Sequence record: PQ826431.1
Source: a phage
Strand: one strand, 5' to 3'
DNA: 64,000 nucleotides
In this document: piece by piece, positions 51,428 to 62,338 of the stretch
Layout: each line of letters starts with the position of its first letter
How positions within the stretch are numbered: the first letter of the stretch is position 1
The notes under the pieces: model-generated
Told to the model about the DNA's origin: nothing
What the model saw: only the letters and a program-made list of their open reading frames with translations
Databases searched by the model: none
Position numbers and translations under genes: made by a program

Positions 51428-54303
51428 TGTCAAGAGTTAAGCACAATATTGACAACACGTTTCAGTTGATTGAAGGGTTGGTTCAGTTTTTGGAAAGAAA
51501 TACTGGTCTTACCATAGATCCTACGGTTCAGCATTACATTATCAACCCACAAAACGTATTGGCGAACAACAGACACTTTATTAACTGGACAGCGCAGGAA
51601 GGGCAACCAAACGGTGACGCTACTACCGAAGGTCAATCTGTGCTTATCACTGGTTTTGCTTATGCATATTTGGCTACAGGGGATAAAAAATATCTTGAAT
51701 CTGCCGAGAAGTATTGGCAAGCTTATATAGATCACTTCTTCGGGGGCCAACCTATTCCTGATCCTCCGGCTAAATATCGTCCCAACTGGATCATCAATGG
51801 TAAAGAACCACGTTTAGCACATTACCCTCTCACAGATGATGGGTATCCTACGCACGGTGGGTTCAAAGGTAGCATGATGACTTGGATTAACGGAAGGACT
51901 ATTATTCCTAAAGGTGCGCCACACTGGGGAGAATACTTAGATAAAGCTTGGTTTGCTTTCAATGGTAATCTTGGTTGGAACTCTGTTAACGCAACAGTGT
52001 ATGCAACTAACCCAGATGGTTCAACCAACTGGAAAGAATATGGAGATCAGTGGGACGTTGAATGGATTATAGACCGTCTAGGACGTAAAGTTGATTGGGA
52101 TGGTAACATTTTATCTACTGGTCATAGCTTTGCAGAATATGGAACAGTGCAACTTAAAAACGCTTCTGTGAACGGTGACTATAAATTCAACTACGCTACA
52201 TGCAACCCTGTAGAACACGGTGGGTATCTACTTAAACGTAATGAGATGTGGCATAACCGTCCTGTAAACGTTCCGGTAGAGTTAGGTTATCAAGATAATG
52301 CTTCCGATGCTGAAACGTGGTGGTGTGATGCAAACTACTTGATGTATCAGATCACAGGAGAGAGAAAATACTGGCTTTGCTGGCAATCTTCTTTATTGCT
52401 GTGTCAAGACTACTCAAACATCGATATGTTTGATAAATTCTTCCGTAGATCTACGACAGCAATAATTCCTTTTACAGATGGTATTTCTTATGATTACTCA
52501 TACCCATCTACAGCAATACCTAAATATTCTCGTGACGAATTAGGATACACAGTAATTCGCCAAGATGTTGCAGCACAAACAACTCTAGAACAACAGGCAG
52601 TTTGGTTCAGAGTGGATCAGAATTCAAAACTACGTATTGAGTTTCAAGGCGTAGATGATGCAGGGGAAGGTGTTCTTTTCCGTCCAGAGTTAGAATTAAG
52701 CAAGACTAAGAGTGAAACAGACACAGTGACATATCGTTGTGGCTTACCTCTTGGTGCAGCTAATATGACTAAGATGGATATACCTTTATCCAGTTTTATG
52801 CGCACTGAACCTCCTGGAGGTGGTGTATATATTATTGCCGAACCTAGAATCATTGTTGACTGGGGAAGCAATACTGTGATACAATATAAATATGCAACTG
52901 GTATTGCTGGGACAAATAGTGATCAGATAGTTTCTGCTAATATGGATTCAGATGGTGGTTTTACTATTGGGTTTTGGTTAACACCAACTAAAACAGCCAA
53001 TTTAAAATCTATTACGTATCGTTCATACGCAGATGATTTTAACATCACTATTACGGATTCCGCAGGTTGGAGATGGTGGGCTATGTTAGAAAAAACAAAT
53101 TCTGCATGGGTTACTAAAGCTTTAAGTCCTGCTGATTTCAAATTAAGTACTTGGCAACCTAATCACGATGACACAGAGACAAAACCTTCGTCAATAAACC
53201 TGACTGCTGTTGATCAGATCAACATTGCATTGGATTCTGAACCTGCAAATGGCTTGACAGGGGCAATCGACTTTTATTGCGTTAACGATATCCCATCTTT
53301 GTATTCTTCAGCCGCTGGCGATGATTACACAATGTATTTCAGGGTTACAGTTTCATCTGAAAATCCTTATACAGCAAAACTTGGAGATTGTACAATACTG
53401 GACTACAAACTTGACAGTTTGAATTATACTCCAGGAATCATTCCATTTTCCAATATTAGTGATCCTAATACAGCATTATATGACGGTTGGCGTGGTATTC
53501 CTTACCCAGGTTATCAATACCCATCCTTATATTGTTTTAAAGGGAGAGATATTGACTGGGTTCGTATGAACAACAGTATAGACTTTTTATATGATTCACA
53601 AATGTGGTTTTATAATAAGTTTGCCCCTGTAATGCCTGGGCCAATGGCACAAGCTTATGTTTGGGATCGTTGGGATGCTCATAAATATGGAAACAAAAAT
53701 GAGTTCACAATGTATCATTGGAACGATAAAGCTTGGGATGGTTATGAAGCACGAGCATTCTTCTGTGCGTGTCATACGGTATACGAACTAAAGCGACGAG
53801 GAGCCGAAGTTCCTGAAAAACTTTTAACAGTTTGTAAAAACTGGATCAACTACCTGAAGTGGTTCCAAGATAACAACGAAGGAAGAACACCAACAATATT
53901 TTATCCCAACGGAGAAGTGGCTGCGCCTGTAGATGACTTTACAAGTCACATGTCTGCGCTCTTTATGGCGGGATGTGCTATAATGGGGATGGCTGGATAT
54001 GATTCAGAAATTCCTAACATTAAAATAGTAGCAGACCGCTGTTTTGAACTTATTCAGGAAAACTATATTGTTCTTGGTCCTAATCACGTTATGAATGGTT
54101 GTTGGAGTGCTGCTCCTAGACCAGACAGTGATAACGGAGTCTTCTTTGGCTTCCACGCTGGAGAGTTGTTACGTGGTTTTGGGTTGTATGCTTTATACAA
54201 AAAACTTAATCCCCAAAATGCATTACCTGTTTTGGATTCGAGCAATATTCCTGCACTTACTGTTTTGACAATGGCAAACATTAGTGTGGACGTTACCGAG
54301 TAA
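51427..54303 (+). CDS. large structural protein (958 aa), possibly carrying a glycan-degrading domain
   Basis: Largest ORF in tail module; enzymatic role is speculative. Confidence 0.4.
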   Translation: MSRVKHNIDNTFQLIEGLVQFLERNTGLTIDPTVQHYIINPQNVLANNRHFINWTAQEGQPNGDATTEGQSVLITGFAYAYLATGDKKYLESAEKYWQAYIDHFFGGQPIPDPPAKYRPNWIINGKEPRLAHYPLTDDGYPTHGGFKGSMMTWINGRTIIPKGAPHWGEYLDKAWFAFNGNLGWNSVNATVYATNPDGSTNWKEYGDQWDVEWIIDRLGRKVDWDGNILSTGHSFAEYGTVQLKNASVNGDYKFNYATCNPVEHGGYLLKRNEMWHNRPVNVPVELGYQDNASDAETWWCDANYLMYQITGERKYWLCWQSSLLLCQDYSNIDMFDKFFRRSTTAIIPFTDGISYDYSYPSTAIPKYSRDELGYTVIRQDVAAQTTLEQQAVWFRVDQNSKLRIEFQGVDDAGEGVLFRPELELSKTKSETDTVTYRCGLPLGAANMTKMDIPLSSFMRTEPPGGGVYIIAEPRIIVDWGSNTVIQYKYATGIAGTNSDQIVSANMDSDGGFTIGFWLTPTKTANLKSITYRSYADDFNITITDSAGWRWWAMLEKTNSAWVTKALSPADFKLSTWQPNHDDTETKPSSINLTAVDQINIALDSEPANGLTGAIDFYCVNDIPSLYSSAAGDDYTMYFRVTVSSENPYTAKLGDCTILDYKLDSLNYTPGIIPFSNISDPNTALYDGWRGIPYPGYQYPSLYCFKGRDIDWVRMNNSIDFLYDSQMWFYNKFAPVMPGPMAQAYVWDRWDAHKYGNKNEFTMYHWNDKAWDGYEARAFFCACHTVYELKRRGAEVPEKLLTVCKNWINYLKWFQDNNEGRTPTIFYPNGEVAAPVDDFTSHMSALFMAGCAIMGMAGYDSEIPNIKIVADRCFELIQENYIVLGPNHVMNGCWSAAPRPDSDNGVFFGFHAGELLRGFGLYALYKKLNPQNALPVLDSSNIPALTVLTMANISVDVTE

Positions 54304-54311
54304 GGGGTAAA

Positions 54312-56465
54312 ATGAAACAAGCTATATTTACTGTCACGCGAGACAAGAGAGTAAATGCGAGTTCATTTAACTACACGACTGTTGACGGAACAGCAGTCGC
54401 TGGTAGAGATTATATTGCAAAATCGGGAACACTTGTGTTCCCTGATGATGCTGATTCTGCTACTATTGTGGTTGAAGTATTTGAACGACCAAAGAACTCA
54501 ATAGATCTTAACTTCTCCCTCCAAGTTTCAGGGATTAGTCAAAATAACATGATGGTTGAAACAACCATCAATTGTATTATAACTACTATCCAAGAAAATA
54601 CTACTCCAATAACTTGGACTACAAAAGACGTTAAAATGTTCTCTCCTATGTATTGGACAATAGATTCTCAAGCAACGGAAAGTTGTTCTATTGTATCTCA
54701 TGGAGACTCTTTTACTGCAAGATTTGTAAACAGAACAACAGCAGGTTTGGCAGGGGTTATCTGGAGCACAGTTGACAAATATGACCATAAAGGTGTTGGG
54801 TATTTGCCTCACACAGATTTAAGTTCAGAGAAACTTTGGTTTAAAATGGAAATTAGTCAAAACATGCCAGGTTTTAAAGAAGAACCTTTGGTGCCGACTT
54901 TAACTGTAACTCTCCTGGATAAAAGTGTTCATTATGTCAGTTTAGGATTCTACGCTTCAGATATTTCAGAAGATGGTAAAACAGCCACAATCAAGTTAGA
55001 TTTTGGTAATATCTTTTCTGGCCCTAATAATGATATTCCTTTGGATATGAGTGCTGTAGATAATATTTTCTTCTCTTTGATTACAGCAAGGTATGAAGAA
55101 ATAGAAGAGATTGTGCCTATTGATAGTCAAGAGGCTTGGTTTACTTTCACTCTTCTTGAACCTACTTCTGGTTACAGTATGATGAAAGTCAGCAACCTTG
55201 TCCAGCCTGAACATGATATTCGTATGTGCACATCTTATGATGATATGTATAACCTGACTCCAGAGAGAGTTATTTATAATACATATGCGCTAGGTTATCG
55301 TGGGATGATTAACCATTATAACGGAATGTCCCATTATTATGAGTTCTCATGGAATGGAACATCTTGGGCTTTAAATAGATCTGTCTTCCTGAATCCTGCT
55401 ACAGAAGCTTGGCTAAATAGTTTCCATTCTATAGCAAACGAGAAGGGCTACACAATAATGAACTCTTTAAGTTTTGAATTGATGAGCACAGTTTGTCCTG
55501 TAGAATGGGTCCAGCATGATTGGAACGATGCTCTTGCAGCAACAGGGTATAAGCCTCCTAGTTACGTGTTGTCTCCAACTATTGACGAAGGCATGGAATA
55601 TTTGCAAAATGTTATTAACAAAATAGCATCTATTTCTCAAGCTAATAACATTCCAGTCGTCATTCAAATTGGTGAACCTTGGTGGTGGTATAATACAGCA
55701 AGTAAAATGCCTTGTATATATGATTACACTACCAAACTGGCATTCAATACAGAAACAGGCTTATTTGCACAAGATGCAGGAACAATAGATAATTATAAAA
55801 CAGGAACGCCATTTGACGAATACTATGCATTTTTGTCTCGTAAACTAGGGTTAAGAGTTACAAAGTTTGCAACAGACACCAGAGCAACTTACCCAGGAGC
55901 TAAAGTAACATTGCTTCCGTTCTTACCATCGATTATCGGCAACGGTTTGATGGAGAAAGTTAACTTTCCGTCTGATTACTACATTCCTGAAGCTTTTGAT
56001 TTTTACTGTTCAGAGTGTTACGACTGGCTTCTGGAAGGTAAGATGATGAAAGCATTTGATGCAATTACCATACCACATGAAAAATTAGGTTTTGAATATT
56101 CTGATATTCACTATCTTTCGGGTTTTGTTCCAGATGCTACTCTTGCACCTTTGTATGGCTTCGATCCTGAATCAAACTACCGCACGTATCTTTGGAAAAT
56201 GATTATAGGTAATATAGTGTTGAACGCCAATAAGTTCAATGGGCTTACACAATACATATGGGCCTATCCTCAAATAATGCATGATTCTATCACGGTAGTT
56301 AATTCTCAATCCCAAGTTTTCTATATGGGTAACGTGCCTTTGAACGTTTATTTACAGGATATCACTCTTAAACAGGTAAATGTTGAGATTGCCACCATAA
56401 GTGGAATTACATTAGCCACTAAATCTGGAGAAGATTTAGTAACAACGCAAAAATTTTATATATAG
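54312..56465 (+). CDS. tail fiber/baseplate structural protein (717 aa)
   Basis: Large ORF in tail module. Confidence 0.4.
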   Translation: MKQAIFTVTRDKRVNASSFNYTTVDGTAVAGRDYIAKSGTLVFPDDADSATIVVEVFERPKNSIDLNFSLQVSGISQNNMMVETTINCIITTIQENTTPITWTTKDVKMFSPMYWTIDSQATESCSIVSHGDSFTARFVNRTTAGLAGVIWSTVDKYDHKGVGYLPHTDLSSEKLWFKMEISQNMPGFKEEPLVPTLTVTLLDKSVHYVSLGFYASDISEDGKTATIKLDFGNIFSGPNNDIPLDMSAVDNIFFSLITARYEEIEEIVPIDSQEAWFTFTLLEPTSGYSMMKVSNLVQPEHDIRMCTSYDDMYNLTPERVIYNTYALGYRGMINHYNGMSHYYEFSWNGTSWALNRSVFLNPATEAWLNSFHSIANEKGYTIMNSLSFELMSTVCPVEWVQHDWNDALAATGYKPPSYVLSPTIDEGMEYLQNVINKIASISQANNIPVVIQIGEPWWWYNTASKMPCIYDYTTKLAFNTETGLFAQDAGTIDNYKTGTPFDEYYAFLSRKLGLRVTKFATDTRATYPGAKVTLLPFLPSIIGNGLMEKVNFPSDYYIPEAFDFYCSECYDWLLEGKMMKAFDAITIPHEKLGFEYSDIHYLSGFVPDATLAPLYGFDPESNYRTYLWKMIIGNIVLNANKFNGLTQYIWAYPQIMHDSITVVNSQSQVFYMGNVPLNVYLQDITLKQVNVEIATISGITLATKSGEDLVTTQKFYI

Positions 56466-56473
56466 GAGTAAAA

Positions 56474-58150
56474 ATGTCAACTACAATTACTAATTTACCC
56501 GAAACATCAAAAGTTAACGGTTCAGATTACCTGGTTTTAGATCAACCTGATAAAACTGTTAAAAGCACAGTTTCCAATTTTCTTGCTGACACTGGGGTGG
56601 TTTTAGCCACCCAGTTGAAAGATACAGATGGAGCAGATTCAGGTTTATCCATTATCGGCACTAACCACCGGGGGACTTTACAGGAAGATTTAGATGCTAT
56701 CGACCGTCGTCCTGATGGGTATTCCAATAATATCCAAACAGTTCTATCGAATGGCCAGGATGTGCAGATTGCAAAAGATATTAATATCACAACAGTAATA
56801 TCGCCTGTGGCTGACTACCAAGTAATTCAAGGGGTAGGTGGTTTAGTCTCCAATACTACAAAAACGCAAGCTGTGAATATTAATGGAAAAAACGGGGTTA
56901 AAGTAAGAGATATACGTGTTTCTGGTTTAATTGTGAATGCCCCTACAACTGGGGGTAATGTGGCGTATGCTGTTAATGCTAATGACTGCTCAGATATTTC
57001 AATGATTGGTATTAATACATTTGGCTATACAGGCTCTGTGCAGCTGACAAGAGTTGCAGACTCAGTTGTTAGGGATGTGTATTCTAGAGGTAATAGATAC
57101 CATTCTGATGTTGTTGCTGGCGGGTATGGAGTTCTTCTTGGCGGGTGTAAGAGAGTTCTCATTGACGGTATTAATTTTGAGGCTGACCATGCAAAGGGCG
57201 ACTTAGGTCGCCATGCTCTGTATGTGTCCGTAGTACAGTCAGATGGTTCGTACTGTGAGGATATTATTGCAAAAAATATTATAGGTCGCTATTCAGGTGT
57301 CGATGACCGTAATATGTGGTTTATTAATATTCGCCATAGTAAGCGAGTATTGGTAGATGGGTTACTGCTGCAAGGTGGTAACGGTGGTGTAGCACTAAAC
57401 ACTGATGACGGAGAAGTTAGAGATACTCAAATAAAGAATGGGCATTTGCAAGTTCTCCAGTATGGAAGCGACACTGTCTATGGCATTAGTGGTACACCTG
57501 CTGATAGTTCTCTTCTTAACAACCTCCTGATTAGTGGTGTCTCTTTTGATATGCAAACCAAACTCGGGGTTACAGCCACCACAAACGGCATAATTCCGAT
57601 ATCTCTGAGTTGTCAGCGTTCACGTATCGAGAACATTAAAATAGCAGGTAACGGTGCGTCTACACCAATATTGCTAGGCTCCTGCTCACAATTAACCATT
57701 GATGGGGTCACTGATACGATAAACGCTGGTAGTGTTACCCAACCATTCTTGCGATTTCAGGGAACTTGCTCTGATATATCAGTGCTGAACATAGATACCC
57801 CTAGAGATACTATGTTCTTTGGGCTGGATAATGTAACTAACCTTACTGTCAACTGGGAGCGGTTTGGTCGTATTGTGAGTAACAACGGAACCATCAACAT
57901 ATCCGATAGCAACTCACTATTCAGTTCTGTCACTAGTACAGGTACTGGTGAGATTACTGTTGTATTCAAAAATCACGTTACCATTGATGCGGTCAGGAAT
58001 TGCACTGTAACCCCAGCATCGACGGCAGGATTTGTGTGTCTGCCAGAGGTTGTTGGTCGTAACTTAATTTTACGTTTCTATAATAGCAATGGTACGTTAG
58101 TTCCCCTTGCTTCTTCCATTGTATCGGCTGATGTTAGGTTACATTCATAA
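56474..58150 (+). CDS. tailspike-like protein with predicted right-handed parallel beta-helix (pectin-lyase-like fold)
   Basis: Repetitive beta-rich segments 'VRDIRVSGLIVNAPTTGGNVAYAVNANDCSDISMIGINTFGYTGSVQLT...VLIDGINFEADHAKGD'; N-terminal region similar in composition to other fiber N-termini in the module. Confidence 0.5.
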   Translation: MSTTITNLPETSKVNGSDYLVLDQPDKTVKSTVSNFLADTGVVLATQLKDTDGADSGLSIIGTNHRGTLQEDLDAIDRRPDGYSNNIQTVLSNGQDVQIAKDINITTVISPVADYQVIQGVGGLVSNTTKTQAVNINGKNGVKVRDIRVSGLIVNAPTTGGNVAYAVNANDCSDISMIGINTFGYTGSVQLTRVADSVVRDVYSRGNRYHSDVVAGGYGVLLGGCKRVLIDGINFEADHAKGDLGRHALYVSVVQSDGSYCEDIIAKNIIGRYSGVDDRNMWFINIRHSKRVLVDGLLLQGGNGGVALNTDDGEVRDTQIKNGHLQVLQYGSDTVYGISGTPADSSLLNNLLISGVSFDMQTKLGVTATTNGIIPISLSCQRSRIENIKIAGNGASTPILLGSCSQLTIDGVTDTINAGSVTQPFLRFQGTCSDISVLNIDTPRDTMFFGLDNVTNLTVNWERFGRIVSNNGTINISDSNSLFSSVTSTGTGEITVVFKNHVTIDAVRNCTVTPASTAGFVCLPEVVGRNLILRFYNSNGTLVPLASSIVSADVRLHS

Positions 58151-58350
58151 TACTTAGCCCCTCTTTGTAGGGGCATTACTTAGAAAAACAAAGAGGTTGT
58201 TATGAACGAAATGTTCTCACAAGGCGGTATTGCCCCAGGTACTACTGCCATTAGTCTTAGTGCTGCCGGAGTATTAGTTCACTCTGCGGGTAATGTGGAC
58301 CTTGGGGAATTAGCTGCATATCGTGATTTAAAAAGTAATGAGAACGCACT

Positions 58351-58593
58351 ATGAGAAAATTTTTAATAGGTATGTTCTGTACATATCCTGATAATAAAGT
58401 CAGTTCTACGAAAGTCTGGAACGCTGTAGGCATGTCGGTTATGACAGGCATGTTTATCTTTTTAGGAATAGAAAAAGAAATTCCTGAATGGATGGGTTGG
58501 GCTTTTGTTTTCATGATAACTCCTTCTCGCCTCATGAAAAATCTTATTGATTTACGCTGGGGCAGATCACAATCTACCAAAGAGGATGACTAA
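58351..58593 (+). CDS. small membrane protein (80 aa)
   Basis: Two hydrophobic segments; embedded in the tail fiber region; an unlisted 50-codon ORF (about 58201..58353) precedes it with ATGA overlap. Confidence 0.4.
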   Translation: MRKFLIGMFCTYPDNKVSSTKVWNAVGMSVMTGMFIFLGIEKEIPEWMGWAFVFMITPSRLMKNLIDLRWGRSQSTKEDD

Positions 58594-60080
58594 TGGACGA
58601 ATATGGTTTGACAGATGCGGGATTTGTAATCCCGACTTTTGACGATGTTTTAAACAACTACATGACAGCAGTAAAAAACACATTTGGTGCAGATGCAGCC
58701 ACTTCGGAAGATACTGTGATCGGACAACTGTTTAGAATAATTGCATACACAGATTACACATTGTGGGAAGGTATGCAAGGTGTTTATAATACTCAAACAC
58801 TGGATGGTGCAGAAGGTATTTATCTTGATGAAATCTTTTCTAAACGCGGTTTCTATCGAGCAGGGGCAGCAGCAAGTACAGGTTATGCATATGTTAAGAG
58901 TAATAACAAAGCAGCTTGGACTTATGAGCTAGGCACGGATATTTACTTCAACTCTGATAGTGATATGAACTACTATGTTAGCACACCAACTATGTTGAAT
59001 GCTAAGATTGCAGCTTATCAAATCTCTCGTGCTAATGCAACTGCTACAGGTGTTCCAAATATTACTTTTTATGCACAAAGTGCGGTCGATGGAGGACTAA
59101 ACAGTAAAACACTTGCACCTGGTTCTTCTACATTTATAACCGATCTTGAAACTTTTATCAAGGCGAATTTAACAGAAGCTGATCGTAGTCTTGTATTTTC
59201 TGATTCAGGTAACTTATCAATTGGTTTTACTTCTTTAACCAGTGATACTCCAGTGGGGCTGGTAACTCCTATTAAATTTTATGCTAGTGTTCCGGTTGGA
59301 ACCAAGTGGAGTGAGATTCCGGTAGTTGCAGCAGAGAAAGGATACAATCCTGTTGGTGTGGAGTCTATTACAGGGATATCTTCTACCTTTACAGGTTATC
59401 TTGATAGTGGTAACTTCTATTCATTTTCCCCTGGTCGAGATGTTGAGACAGACGCAGAATTCCGCTCTCGTTTCAATGACAATGTTGACGAAGCTAACGC
59501 AGGGACACGAGCAGCTATTGTGAAAGCTCTGCTACTTACAGATGGTGTTACTAAGGTGAAGATTTATGATAACCCTACGTTACATGATCAAGAACACGCT
59601 CCAGCTATGACTTTCCAGACTATAGTTTATGGTGGCAGTGCAGAAGAAATTGCAAATGTTATCTATAAAACCAAACCAATCAACACTTTGACACACGGAA
59701 CAACTAACATAACAGTTACAACAGAAGATGGAGGACAAGAAATTATTCGCTTCTCTCCTGGTGCTTCTGCTATGTATTCCGTAAAACTTGTTTATCAAAC
59801 TGTCAACGGAACAACTTTAAGTGGAACAGAAAAACAAAACATCGTAGAAGCTTTACAAAACCTGCAAGCTTACTTTGAATTAGGTTCTTCAGTAACGAAC
59901 GATCAAATCAAAGGTGTTATTTATGCAGCACTTGCTTTTGGACGCTTGACTTCTCTTCGTGTTTATGTTAAACTTAATACTGAGGATGACAGTAAATATA
60001 CAGAGAATAATATAGTTCCTGCTTATAATGTTGTCCCTTCTTTTGACCTTGATAACATTTCTTACGAGTATGGAGTGTAA
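58593..60080 (+). CDS. tail fiber/baseplate protein (495 aa)
   Basis: Large ORF in tail module. Confidence 0.4.
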   Translation: MDEYGLTDAGFVIPTFDDVLNNYMTAVKNTFGADAATSEDTVIGQLFRIIAYTDYTLWEGMQGVYNTQTLDGAEGIYLDEIFSKRGFYRAGAAASTGYAYVKSNNKAAWTYELGTDIYFNSDSDMNYYVSTPTMLNAKIAAYQISRANATATGVPNITFYAQSAVDGGLNSKTLAPGSSTFITDLETFIKANLTEADRSLVFSDSGNLSIGFTSLTSDTPVGLVTPIKFYASVPVGTKWSEIPVVAAEKGYNPVGVESITGISSTFTGYLDSGNFYSFSPGRDVETDAEFRSRFNDNVDEANAGTRAAIVKALLLTDGVTKVKIYDNPTLHDQEHAPAMTFQTIVYGGSAEEIANVIYKTKPINTLTHGTTNITVTTEDGGQEIIRFSPGASAMYSVKLVYQTVNGTTLSGTEKQNIVEALQNLQAYFELGSSVTNDQIKGVIYAALAFGRLTSLRVYVKLNTEDDSKYTENNIVPAYNVVPSFDLDNISYEYGV

Positions 60081-60082
60081 AA

Positions 60083-60712
60083 ATGGCAGTGAGTGTTGAC
60101 CATGTAACAACTTGGGCCAGTATCAATGAAGATGTTAAAAACCTTCTGATTGAAGATTTTAAATCTTCTCCTAACATTGTCAAGCTCCTCTACATCGTAT
60201 CCAGTGAAAAGCAAAAGATAGATCAGGCAATGATCTATCTTGCTAAACACCGCTTGATCTCTACAGCCACAGGCAAATACCTAGATATTCTAGGGGAAGA
60301 AATGGGGATCGAACGTAATGGCTCTGATGATGAAGAGTATAGAACAATATTAAAAATCAGGGCTTACCGCGTAGCCTCATCGGGGACTCGTGGTGACATA
60401 ATTGATATCTTCGCCCGTTTCACAGGAACAGAGCGTGAAACGCTTAATACTTACGTAGGTTTGAATAAAACCTTTGATGTGTTTTTCTACAACCTGTGTC
60501 TTCAATCTGATCAAGCTTTAGAGCAGTTGCTAAGTGTTTTCCCTATTATTAGTAGCTACCGTCTTGGAGCAAAAGCAGGATCAGCTTTTGGTTTTAGTTC
60601 TTATTATGCTACCAAACCGCCTCATGGTATTGGTGGTTTAGGTTCCCTGTACATGGAATCTACTGGGGATGAAACAGGACGCATGTGTACGCTTCTCAAG
60701 CAAATAGATTAA
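60083..60712 (+). CDS. tail protein (209 aa)
   Basis: ORF in tail module. Confidence 0.4.
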   Translation: MAVSVDHVTTWASINEDVKNLLIEDFKSSPNIVKLLYIVSSEKQKIDQAMIYLAKHRLISTATGKYLDILGEEMGIERNGSDDEEYRTILKIRAYRVASSGTRGDIIDIFARFTGTERETLNTYVGLNKTFDVFFYNLCLQSDQALEQLLSVFPIISSYRLGAKAGSAFGFSSYYATKPPHGIGGLGSLYMESTGDETGRMCTLLKQID

Positions 60713-60721
60713 GGAGTTTAA

Positions 60722-61783
60722 ATGGCGAAGCCAATATATTATCCTGACTGGGCTACACAAACTGTAACGCTCCCAGGAACTTTAAACACAAACAAAATTA
60801 GACCTAAAGAAACCATCCGCACAGTTGGTATGGATTATGGTCAAATCATGACTTGCGAAGAAATGAACTGGATTCTTAATAATATCGGTTTATGGATTCG
60901 CTATTTGGTGGATGATTTTCTTCCAACTTTACCTAATACCTACTTGCCTTTAGTGGGAACTAAGATTACAATGGCAGGTGATGCTACTGGTGAGGCCACT
61001 TGGAACGGTAACAAAGAAGTTACTTTATCTATCCAAGTTCAAGATAACAGTCATAATCACTTGTCAGCAAACATTACAGATGCCACTAGTTCAACAGTAA
61101 CACCAAACGTGCTGGTAAAACGTGATGCGGGTGGTGCTATTTATGGTGGCGATGTTTATGTTAACGGTACTTCCACAACAGATCCTGCAACACTGTTCTT
61201 CAAAAACTTTGCAGGACAAACAAATGGTGAGATTTCTGCCGAGTATCAAAGCGGAGGTCAGCTTTACATCTATCGTAGAAATCCTAGCACAGGTAGTGTA
61301 TCGGCAGGTATTCGTTTATATGACGCAGGTTATGTTCTAATAGATAATCCAAGATCAAACAGTGGACAAGATACTTCTAACGGAAATGCTTTAGTTCGTT
61401 TAGATTATCTGAACTCTCGTTTGACTTCCCTTCAGAACACATTGCAGACGAATATTAACACTGTTCAAAACAACTTGAATAATGTTAACAACAACCTCTC
61501 TTCTCGTATAAACAATGTAGAAAGTAATCATCAAAGTCAGATTACAAATAACTACAACTATGCTAACGGAACCTTTGTAAGAGATATTCGTTATACTAGC
61601 CAAGGTGTGTATTATCCACCAGGGAACGAGGTTTCTTGGACTTATATCTGTTCTTCTGGTTATGTTCTTTCTGGTATTATCGTACAGGAAACAGGACGTA
61701 GCTCTGCGGATAACATCGGTGGGGTTTACTTCAAACGCCTCCAGCGCAACGTTAACGGAAACTGGTACGATATTGGAGGCTAA
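60722..61783 (+). CDS. tail fiber protein with trimeric coiled-coil-like Asn/Gln-rich repeats
   Basis: 'LQNTLQTNINTVQNNLNNVNNNLSSRINNVESNHQSQITNNYNY' heptad-like repeats typical of fiber shafts. Confidence 0.5.
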   Translation: MAKPIYYPDWATQTVTLPGTLNTNKIRPKETIRTVGMDYGQIMTCEEMNWILNNIGLWIRYLVDDFLPTLPNTYLPLVGTKITMAGDATGEATWNGNKEVTLSIQVQDNSHNHLSANITDATSSTVTPNVLVKRDAGGAIYGGDVYVNGTSTTDPATLFFKNFAGQTNGEISAEYQSGGQLYIYRRNPSTGSVSAGIRLYDAGYVLIDNPRSNSGQDTSNGNALVRLDYLNSRLTSLQNTLQTNINTVQNNLNNVNNNLSSRINNVESNHQSQITNNYNYANGTFVRDIRYTSQGVYYPPGNEVSWTYICSSGYVLSGIIVQETGRSSADNIGGVYFKRLQRNVNGNWYDIGG

Positions 61784-62329
61784 ATGATATTTACAAACTT
61801 TAAAAAATATATTCCTGAAGACCCTGAACTAAAAGAATTGGTAGAAGCAGAGAACATTCTTTTTCTTCGTTGCGATCAAGGTTACGATTGGTATGATTTA
61901 CGTAGCACAGAATTCAATAACGATAAAATGAAAGTCGTTTTTGATGATCAAAATCGTATTGTGTTTTGGAATACTGATCCTACACTACTTTGCCCTGAAG
62001 ATCTTTCTATAGCACAAGTAGACTTTAATATAGATACTTTTGAGGATATTAGGAACAAGGTTCTGGATTTAGAAACCTTAACTCTTAAGGATAAAGAGTA
62101 TTCCCGTGAAGAGTTGATGACACAAGCTAGTGCAAAAATTCGCTCTTTACAAGAAACAGCGGTAGCACTTATAACACCTTTACAGTATGCTAAAGATTTA
62201 GAAATGGCTACTGAAGACGAATTAGCTTATCTTAAAAATCTTCAAGTTTATGTAGTTAAACTAAATCGTGTTCCGCTTCAAAAAGACTATCCTTACGCTA
62301 TAGATTGGCCTACATTACCGACAGAATAA
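61784..62329 (+). CDS. tail fiber assembly/chaperone-like protein (putative)
   Basis: 181 aa directly downstream of fiber gene; by position. Confidence 0.35.
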   Translation: MIFTNFKKYIPEDPELKELVEAENILFLRCDQGYDWYDLRSTEFNNDKMKVVFDDQNRIVFWNTDPTLLCPEDLSIAQVDFNIDTFEDIRNKVLDLETLTLKDKEYSREELMTQASAKIRSLQETAVALITPLQYAKDLEMATEDELAYLKNLQVYVVKLNRVPLQKDYPYAIDWPTLPTE

Positions 62330-62338
62330 GGGATCACT

